From NCBI GenBank assembly GCA_016787505.1, contig JAEUUQ010000619.1, positions 316 through 64,315 on the forward strand: a stretch of 64,000 bases of DNA, in the 5' to 3' direction. The translations under genes and the position numbers were made by a program. Of this stretch, positions 57,036-64,000 are shown piece by piece. The notes under the pieces are model-generated. The model had not been told where the DNA came from. It did no database searches and was given only the letters and a program-made list of their open reading frames with translations. Each line of letters begins with the position of its first letter. The stretch's first letter is position 1. The stretch is from Saprospiraceae bacterium. Its GTDB lineage: Bacteria; Bacteroidota; Bacteroidia; Chitinophagales; Saprospiraceae.

Positions 57036-57494
57036 ATGAATACGCATTTAGACCTCATCAAAGGCATTCATCCAGGCTTCATTCTTGAACGCGAATTGAA
57101 TCTAAGGCAATTGCGCAAAGGCCGATTTGCGCTTTCTATACAAGAGTTTCCACAAACATTGGGAGCTATTACCAAAGGTAAACGCGATATGAATACCGCG
57201 CTTTCTTTAAAAATCGAAAAAGCGCTCGGACTTGAAGAAGGCTATTTTATGATACTGCAAGTATATTATGATATTGCGCAGGAGAAGAAAAAGCAAAACA
57301 CAGCATCTCCCGATTTGACCAAGCTGAGACCCGTTTTATTCTGGGATACCAAAATTGAAACGCTGAATTGGCAGAAACAAAAAAAAGCTGTTATCAAAAG
57401 AGTATTTGAGCGGGGTAATGATATGGAAAAAGAAGAAATTACGCGTTTCTATGGGGTAGAAACCATTGAAAATATATTACGCGATAATGAATAA
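57036..57494 (+). CDS. HigA/VapI-type XRE-family HTH antitoxin-like protein with a C-terminal extension.
   Basis: IHPGFILERELN.R.L....FA..I...P..L..I..GKR....ALSLKIEKALG matches the HigA antidote fold pattern. 152 aa. Confidence 0.75.
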   Translation: MNTHLDLIKGIHPGFILERELNLRQLRKGRFALSIQEFPQTLGAITKGKRDMNTALSLKIEKALGLEEGYFMILQVYYDIAQEKKKQNTASPDLTKLRPVLFWDTKIETLNWQKQKKAVIKRVFERGNDMEKEEITRFYGVETIENILRDNE

Positions 57495-57885
57495 AAAACT
57501 GTATACCGATATAGTTGCCCCACAGCTATTGCGTATTTTGAAAACGCTCATGGCGTCTCACACATTTGATGATTTCAGGCTGGTTGGAGGCACTGCATTG
57601 AGCTTATACAGAGGACATCGAGTATCGGTCGACATAGACGTCATTTCCAGAGGCGGCAGAAAAAAGGATTTCTGGGATATCCATGAATTGATGGATGATT
57701 ACTCTATTAAAGAAATGCTTGTTTTACACGAAAAACGTTACCCTTACACCCATGACAAAGCGGTAATTAAAGCCAATCTCTGCAGCTTTACCATTGCCGA
57801 CGAAGATTTCGATCCAATTTGTTTGAGAAATAAACATTTGGAAATCATTAAGTTAGACATGATTGATTTTGCAAAAGGTATTTAG
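57487..57885 (+). pseudogene. Nucleotidyltransferase AbiEii/AbiGii-family toxin homologue, apparently shortened by an internal in-frame deletion.
   Basis: LVGGTALSLYRGHRVSVDIDV (NTase N-terminal motif) is joined directly to ISRGGRKKDFWDIHELM... (C-terminal region). 132 aa, versus the roughly 250+ aa I recall for this family. 8-nt overlap with the HTH gene. Confidence 0.55.
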
Positions 57886-58214
57886 GGCTTGTTTCAGCTA
57901 TTAAAAAAGCTCGCCATGAAGCATGGGTGAGGGAGCAAGCGGGTATTAATTAGGCTTAGACCTTGCAAGGTCTTTACCGGGCCAAACGGGGCACTCCTCG
58001 CCAAATCCCATCAATTTCCCACCGGATTTCATCTAAAATTGACATTAACAGTCGCAGGCTGCTATATTTGAATCAACCTCCAAGATATTGCTCTACTGAC
58101 GACATGTTGAGCGATAGCCTCTATAGCAATTGATTTCTACTTATCTCAATGCGCTCCATACTTATTGCCTTGATTGACAGGATTTTCATTTGTACATCTA
58201 AAAACCAAATCGAT

Positions 58215-60608
58215 ATGTATTATAAAACTAGACTCCGGTTTTTACTTGCGCTGGCATGCTGGCTAACTGCCATAGGATACGGAAATGCACAATGCAGCAA
58301 CCTCGCGCTGGCTTTCGACGGCAACGGCGACTTCATTTCCAGCAATTTGAATACGACCACCCCTGTCATGGCGGGCAACACCGATTTTACGATAGAAGCC
58401 TGGTTTTATTCCAGCGCGACGAGCGCTTCCACGAATTGCAACGGCAACTTTAAGCGGCTGATCGGCTTGATAGGCCCTCCGGGCAGTGGCACCCGATTTG
58501 AGGTGGGGGAATGTGGCGGCGAGTTAAACTTTTTTTGGAACAATTCGACTTCGGGTAGCGTAGTTCCTATCCTGCTTGACCCCAATAATATTCGCAACAA
58601 CTGGCATCATATTGCCGTAACGCGCAATAGCAGCACGAATACCGTCAAAGTGTATCTCGACTGCATGCCACTGACCTTTACCGGTGCTACTACCGGGGCT
58701 TTCAATTTCTCGGAATTGCGCATTGGCCAATGGGGTGGGGGCTCCACTTCAACCGACGAGTGGCAGGGCCGGGTAGACGAAGTGCGCCTGTGGAACCGGG
58801 AGCGCACCCCCACCGAAATCTGCGATTTCAAAGACTGTACCCTCGGCGGGACTTCGCCCGACCTGGTCTTCAACTGGACCCTGGACCAAACCCCCGCTGT
58901 TACTGCCAATGGCAATAATGCAGGCGCGCTTGCACTCAACATGACGGGCAATTTCAATCACGGCTCGCTTCAAGGATTTAACCTGGGCTCAGGCAACTTG
59001 ACGAGTAATTTTGTCTGCTCGGACATACCACCCGCTTACTTCTTGAGTATTTCGGACCAACCTGTTTTATTTCCTTCCAGCATTGGCGCCATTTGCAGCG
59101 GCGAAGCGGTACACTTCTGCGCTATCAATCAAATTAACCCAGGGCCGCTGCCCCCAAATACAAGCGTCATCTGGGAATACAACGACAACAACCAGGGCTG
59201 GCTGCCCGACCCCAACCTGAACCCCGCCTATTCGGGGTATCTGTGCTTCGGTGTGCCGGGTGGAGTAATTACAGCCAACTGCGGGGCCTCGGGGTATGTA
59301 GACCGGTTCTACCGCGCCAAGATCACCAAACAGATGGGCAACCTCACCTGTACCTATACCACTTTGGAAACCGGCTTTAGCATATACTGTCCGGTGACCA
59401 ACCTGCAGATCAGCACCGTGGTCAACGGCCCTACGCCCTTCAACGGCGCTTTTTGCGAGGGCCCTGTCAACATCGACGTATCGCTGAGTTCTACCGATCC
59501 CTTTGTTATTCCGCCGGCCATACCGCCCATCGGTTATCTCAGCATTCAATGGCTTATCAACGGCGTGCACGACCCGACGTACGACAACCTGACCTTCTTC
59601 AATTACAGCATGCCGGCAATAGCCACTTCGCTGTGTTTTGAAGCAATAGTTCAAAATTTCATTTGCGCGCCGGTGACCGCCAAAGTGTGTTTCCAGGTAG
59701 ACCCCCAACCCATGTGCGGGCTGATCGACGGTATGTCGTCTAACCTGATTGCAACCGCCAACCCATACTCCTACCTGATTTGCCCGGGCGACGACGCTGC
59801 TGTAGGCATGGTCAATCCCACCCAATTTGTCAATTGCAACCCCGTCTGGCAGTTTTCATTTGACCAGGTAAACTGGCAAAACCTCGGCGCTTCAAATGCC
59901 CTCCAAAACACCAATATACTACCCCAGACCTTCCCGCCCAACAACCCTCTATCGCCCTATTTGTGGCCGGCGGGCGCCAACTGCATCTACTACCGCATCG
60001 AATGTCGCCCCTTGAGTTACCCCAATTCCGGCTGCGATCCCTGTTATAGCAATATCGTAGAAGTTTGCCTGCTGCCGCCGCCTGCAAACGGCCTTATCTC
60101 GGGTAACCAGCAGTTTTGTTCCATGACCGGCTCCACCACGCTTACGGTGAGCCCCTACAACAGCGCCAACACCTACAGTTGGTACTTAAACGGCATGGGG
60201 CCGGTGGGATTTGGACAGAACTACACGGCCAACCAACCCGGTTATTACACCGTCGTCATCACCGATGCCTACGGTTGCCATTCGGTAGTTACGCCGCCAT
60301 TTTATGTAGAGGAATGCATCATCGTGCCGCTCATCAGTTGCCCCATAGACAACCCTTGCGCCTGTGACGGCCTGCCTATCACGCTGAGCGGCTGCGATTC
60401 GTACGATACCTGTGGGGGTACAGGGCCGCTGACGTACACCTGGTCGGCCAGCAATGGCGGCCCCGGTACGGTATCCGGCCCGGGCGGATGCGAGTTTACC
60501 CACATCCCCGACCCGTTAGTGGGCACCACCTATACGCTTACGGTGTGCAATTCGCTCAACCCCAGTTGTTGCGCGACTTCTACGCTTTTCATTAAGCCTT
60601 GCAACTAG
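58215..60608 (+). CDS. Secreted LamG/concanavalin-like lectin domain protein with a Cys-rich Ig-like C-terminal region.
   Basis: Signal peptide. FTIEAWFYSSA...NWHHIAVTRNSSTNTVKVYLDC...WQGRVDEVRLWNRERT is a Laminin_G_3 pattern. An SprB-repeat-like unit (YSWYLNG...GYYTVVITDAYGC) follows. Confidence 0.8.
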   Translation: MYYKTRLRFLLALACWLTAIGYGNAQCSNLALAFDGNGDFISSNLNTTTPVMAGNTDFTIEAWFYSSATSASTNCNGNFKRLIGLIGPPGSGTRFEVGECGGELNFFWNNSTSGSVVPILLDPNNIRNNWHHIAVTRNSSTNTVKVYLDCMPLTFTGATTGAFNFSELRIGQWGGGSTSTDEWQGRVDEVRLWNRERTPTEICDFKDCTLGGTSPDLVFNWTLDQTPAVTANGNNAGALALNMTGNFNHGSLQGFNLGSGNLTSNFVCSDIPPAYFLSISDQPVLFPSSIGAICSGEAVHFCAINQINPGPLPPNTSVIWEYNDNNQGWLPDPNLNPAYSGYLCFGVPGGVITANCGASGYVDRFYRAKITKQMGNLTCTYTTLETGFSIYCPVTNLQISTVVNGPTPFNGAFCEGPVNIDVSLSSTDPFVIPPAIPPIGYLSIQWLINGVHDPTYDNLTFFNYSMPAIATSLCFEAIVQNFICAPVTAKVCFQVDPQPMCGLIDGMSSNLIATANPYSYLICPGDDAAVGMVNPTQFVNCNPVWQFSFDQVNWQNLGASNALQNTNILPQTFPPNNPLSPYLWPAGANCIYYRIECRPLSYPNSGCDPCYSNIVEVCLLPPPANGLISGNQQFCSMTGSTTLTVSPYNSANTYSWYLNGMGPVGFGQNYTANQPGYYTVVITDAYGCHSVVTPPFYVEECIIVPLISCPIDNPCACDGLPITLSGCDSYDTCGGTGPLTYTWSASNGGPGTVSGPGGCEFTHIPDPLVGTTYTLTVCNSLNPSCCATSTLFIKPCN

Positions 60609-60658
60609 TGAGTTATCATGCGGATTGTACCCATTTTCAAAAAGCTAAATTTCAGGAA

Positions 60659-63600
60659 ATGAAAAAGTTATTGACAATAAAAAATATATCGCGACTGCTA
60701 CGTTGTTGTTTGGTTGCGCTTTTCATGTGGTGCACATTGCCCCTTGTACATGGACAGTTTCAATCTATTATCGGACTGTCGCATCCTGTTTATGAGCGAG
60801 GCATAAGCGGCGTTCTCGACCCGTCGGGAAATTTCGTCATTTTAGGCCACAATTTTAACCACCCCAATGCTCTTGATCCCAGTGGCGACCTCCAACTTGT
60901 GTGGCTTAATAACTCCGGCGCTTTTGCAGCAAACACCAAAATTTTGGGTATTCAACTTACGGAACAAGCTGCCTGGATCGAAAATACGGTATGCAATGCA
61001 AGCAACCGATATATAGTAACCGGCACCGACCAGGACGATATATTGCTCGCTTTGCTCGACTTATCGGGTTTTCCCGTTTGGACAAAAAAAATAGGCCGGC
61101 CCAATATGGTAGAGTCGGGCGCTTGCGTAAAAAGGGACGCCACCGGCAACCACGTTGTTCTGGGCAACCAGATAGACCCCGCTAGCGGTATTTCTTCCGT
61201 GCATATCAGCAAGATCAACTGCGCTGGCAATTCGCTTTGGGTGAACGTCTACACCCTGAACGGCTATTCCTTAACAGCCACTTCGATTACTACATTCGCG
61301 ACTTTCCAATCGATTTGCCCGGCAATGTTCAGCCCTAATACCTATTTCGCTACCGGCAGAGCGTTACCCCTGGCCGGCGGCAATGAAGTGGTATTTATAT
61401 TGGCTATTGATGTAAATACCGGCGCGATTCAATATTTCAAAATCTATGACATAGCCCCCGGCGCCGACGATATTGCCACCACTATACAAGGCAGTTGCGC
61501 ATTTGATCAACTGGGAGAATTATGGATTTCAGGTTACTCCATTGATAATAACGTCCCATCTACCCAGGTGTTAATGATGAAAACCGATTTCAGCGGAAAC
61601 CCGTTGTGGGCGAATAACTATGACAGAGCAAACGGAGATGAGTTTGCCACCCATTTTGTTTTTGATAGTAATAACAAAATAGTGGTCACTGGAAAAGCGG
61701 AAGAGAACGTCGTTTTTCAGGGTACCAAATCGGGCAATTGTATGCTCATGCGAATGGATGCCGGCGGAAGTATTATTGATTGGGGATATACTTATACCAA
61801 CAACGATTTTTCGTCGCAAGGCAACCGCGTAATAGCGGCGCCTAATAACGAATATTATATCGCCGGGCAAACGCTCGAACTACTATCGCCTTCACAATCC
61901 TCCACTAATATTTTGGCAATAAAAACCGACCAGCAAGGGCAAACCACCAGCAATTGTTTCAATAGTGACACCATAATTATTTCAGGCCGAATACCTGTGG
62001 TCGGTACACCAATGCTCAACTTACAGGATAATCCCCCGCCGAATAATTCGGGTCTGGATATCGTCACGATTACCGATCAATCGTCACCCGCTTGTGCGCC
62101 GCCGCCTTGCCCGGCAGATTTTACCTGGGTGACCAGCAATTGCTTTGACGTGACGTTCACAGGTACCAGCAGTTCTAACATCCCGGGCAACTATACTTTC
62201 ATCTGGGATATTGGCTGTGATAACAACCCGGAATATACGCAAAACGTATTATCTAACACCAGTAGCGTGAATCACACCTTCCCTTGTGGCGGAGGCGTCT
62301 TCAACGTATGCCTGACCGTAATCGATCCGACGGGATGCGCCAGCAACCAGGTCATGCACACCGTTACCGTACCCAGCACTTGTTGCGGGCAAGTAAACGC
62401 TACTTCAATAACCTGCGGCAGCGCGCTCAATGAATACAATTACAGCGTTACCGTTAGCAATCCGCTGGGTTCTACGGCATGTGCGTGTACCGTATCGGCC
62501 GGCACAGGGGTAGCTTTGGGGCCTTATACGTGTACTTCTACGCCTACCACTATCACCGTTACCGGTACGGCTATATTTACCACGCCGGTAGTGCCGCTTA
62601 GCCTGAATCTAAGCGTGCAGACCAGTTGCATTTGTCCGGGTACTAACCTGCCTTATACCTGTACTTTGCCGGTATCTATCCCTACAATATGTTGCAAAAC
62701 GATAGCTGTAGCCGACCATATCGTCTGCAAAGACGACGCTGCCTATGACGTGCCGATACAGGTAACCAACTGGCCGCCGCTCAACAATATCTCACAGGTG
62801 AGTTGGTACGTATTACCAAAACCGGCGAATGGAATATGCCCAAACTATTGGGGTGGTACGCCTTATCAGGACAATCTCACCAACGTACTGGAACCCCTGC
62901 ATTTGAACCCCCAAACCCTCAAAACCGACTTGTGCGTGTACGTCGTTGTGCACCTCAATGACGGGCCTTGTACCATGCTCACTTCCAACATAGCCATGGT
63001 GACCTTGTGCGCGCCCAGTACTTGTGATGTTGCCGGTATCGACACCTGCTTTACGGGCACGCCTATCGTGCCTGGCTTGCTTACACTCAACTTAAATTCG
63101 CCTGCCAACGCCTGTCCTCCCACTATCGACTGGTACGACCCCAACGGCATGCTCGTCCACACGGGTACTACGCCCTACCAGCCCACGCTGGCCCTGTCGA
63201 TGGCCAACCCGGCGAATTGTTATGAAGACTTTTTCTACACCGTGCGCATTACCGACGAATGCGGGCAGCGCGACTGCCAGGCGCGCATCAGGTTGTACAG
63301 CTCGACGGCTGCTGTCGGCACGCTGGCCATGGATCCACTGGAGTCGCAGCCGTTTTGCCCCGGCGAAGATGCCACGCTCAAGTTTACTCCCGCATGCGCA
63401 GGCGCCCCGCCCAAATGGACCTGGCATTTCCGCGATTGTGTGGGCGGCCCTTCCTCTCCGATACAAGGTACAGGCATGATGAATCCTACTTTCAACACCA
63501 ACAAACTGTACCAATCGGGTTGGTATATCGTAGAAGCGAGCAACGGCGTTTGCCCGCCCAATCGGGTAGAATACAAAATTGAGGTAAAAGATCCGTTGGC

Positions 63601-64000
63601 CATCGTCAATTTCACCGCCGTACCCGATCCCTGCGTAGAACTTTATGTAGACCTTTCCGTCGATTTTACGCCTTGCACCATCCAGGGCTGCGGTACGTCC
63701 TGTTCCTGTACCTATACCGTAGAATGGTACCTAAATGGCTTTTTGATTGGCAGTACCCAGACCTCATTACCTACAGCCACCTTTACCTGGAACGGCACGC
63801 CGCTCACCGGCAACTACTACGCGGTAGTAAAAGACGACTGCTGCCTAAACAATACGGCGACCACCTGGCCCATCGCTATTGAACCAAGCTGTGTGCCGGT
63901 GATCTTGGGGCCTTGTTTTATCTGCGACAACGACCCGGTGACCTTGATGGCCCAAATGGTCGTACCCCCCAACAAGCCTTGTACCGACCCTTGTACCTTT
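60659..64000 (+). CDS. Large secreted Cys-rich protein, 3'-partial (>1113 aa, runs off the window). It is absent from the supplied ORF track.
   Basis: I translated 60659-64000 by hand as 1114 sense codons with no stop. Signal peptide MKKLLTIKNISRLLRCCLVALFMWCTLPLVHGQ. A PKD-like segment (FTWVTSNCFDVTFTGTSS...YTFIWDIGCD...VCLTVIDPTGC) is followed by repeated Cys-rich modules. Confidence 0.8.
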   Translation, partial: MKKLLTIKNISRLLRCCLVALFMWCTLPLVHGQFQSIIGLSHPVYERGISGVLDPSGNFVILGHNFNHPNALDPSGDLQLVWLNNSGAFAANTKILGIQLTEQAAWIENTVCNASNRYIVTGTDQDDILLALLDLSGFPVWTKKIGRPNMVESGACVKRDATGNHVVLGNQIDPASGISSVHISKINCAGNSLWVNVYTLNGYSLTATSITTFATFQSICPAMFSPNTYFATGRALPLAGGNEVVFILAIDVNTGAIQYFKIYDIAPGADDIATTIQGSCAFDQLGELWISGYSIDNNVPSTQVLMMKTDFSGNPLWANNYDRANGDEFATHFVFDSNNKIVVTGKAEENVVFQGTKSGNCMLMRMDAGGSIIDWGYTYTNNDFSSQGNRVIAAPNNEYYIAGQTLELLSPSQSSTNILAIKTDQQGQTTSNCFNSDTIIISGRIPVVGTPMLNLQDNPPPNNSGLDIVTITDQSSPACAPPPCPADFTWVTSNCFDVTFTGTSSSNIPGNYTFIWDIGCDNNPEYTQNVLSNTSSVNHTFPCGGGVFNVCLTVIDPTGCASNQVMHTVTVPSTCCGQVNATSITCGSALNEYNYSVTVSNPLGSTACACTVSAGTGVALGPYTCTSTPTTITVTGTAIFTTPVVPLSLNLSVQTSCICPGTNLPYTCTLPVSIPTICCKTIAVADHIVCKDDAAYDVPIQVTNWPPLNNISQVSWYVLPKPANGICPNYWGGTPYQDNLTNVLEPLHLNPQTLKTDLCVYVVVHLNDGPCTMLTSNIAMVTLCAPSTCDVAGIDTCFTGTPIVPGLLTLNLNSPANACPPTIDWYDPNGMLVHTGTTPYQPTLALSMANPANCYEDFFYTVRITDECGQRDCQARIRLYSSTAAVGTLAMDPLESQPFCPGEDATLKFTPACAGAPPKWTWHFRDCVGGPSSPIQGTGMMNPTFNTNKLYQSGWYIVEASNGVCPPNRVEYKIEVKDPLAIVNFTAVPDPCVELYVDLSVDFTPCTIQGCGTSCSCTYTVEWYLNGFLIGSTQTSLPTATFTWNGTPLTGNYYAVVKDDCCLNNTATTWPIAIEPSCVPVILGPCFICDNDPVTLMAQMVVPPNKPCTDPCTF

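Noticed and set aside
1-64000. tRNA, rRNA or other structured housekeeping RNA genes.
   Set aside because: No intergenic segment shows tRNA-like T-loop (GGTTCGAATCC-type) or anticodon-arm geometry. All larger gaps are accounted for by repeats or leaders.

Overview
This 64-kb window looks like chromosomal DNA from a member of the Bacteroidota. The evidence is many type-A T9SS C-terminal sorting domains, a CarboxypepD_reg-type TonB-dependent receptor, no obvious Shine-Dalgarno sites, and roughly 55% GC in core genes by eye. I see five blocks.

1. 1.4-6.8 kb is a visibly AT-richer accessory island. It begins with an integron-style gene-cassette array of single small ORFs separated by attC-like imperfect palindromes (GCTAAC...GTTAGC). 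The cargo includes a class D (OXA-type) beta-lactamase, a RidA-family protein and a VOC/glyoxalase protein. No integrase is present in the window. Two class-II Fic proteins follow.

2. 6.8-13.8 kb is an eight-gene, translationally coupled lipid or aryl-polyene-like biosynthetic operon. It encodes a lipoprotein, a FabZ-like dehydratase, a GT2-DUF2062 fusion, AcpS, an ACP, a condensation-like acyltransferase, an FAD oxidoreductase and an AMP-ligase. It has no ketosynthase.

3. 13.8-28.4 kb holds housekeeping genes: amidase, ccmB/ccmC-like, glmM, cysteine desulfurase, a methyltransferase, PAP2, and a TonB receptor with a secreted alpha/beta-hydrolase-like protein.

4. 28.6-64 kb is very dense in giant secreted T9SS cargo proteins. 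There are three tandem FG-GAP/VCBS paralogues. There are also two adhesin-like giants of about 1.8-2.0 k aa that share a 91%-identical 428-aa head and a conserved leader. A LamG protein and a large Cys-rich ORF follow; the latter runs off the window and is missing from the supplied ORF track.

5. Throughout the first 28 kb, the gaps at gene 3' ends are filled by unusual hairpins whose arms are themselves short tandem repeats of 7-14 nt. Units are shared between unlinked loci.

I found no rRNA, tRNA or CRISPR array.
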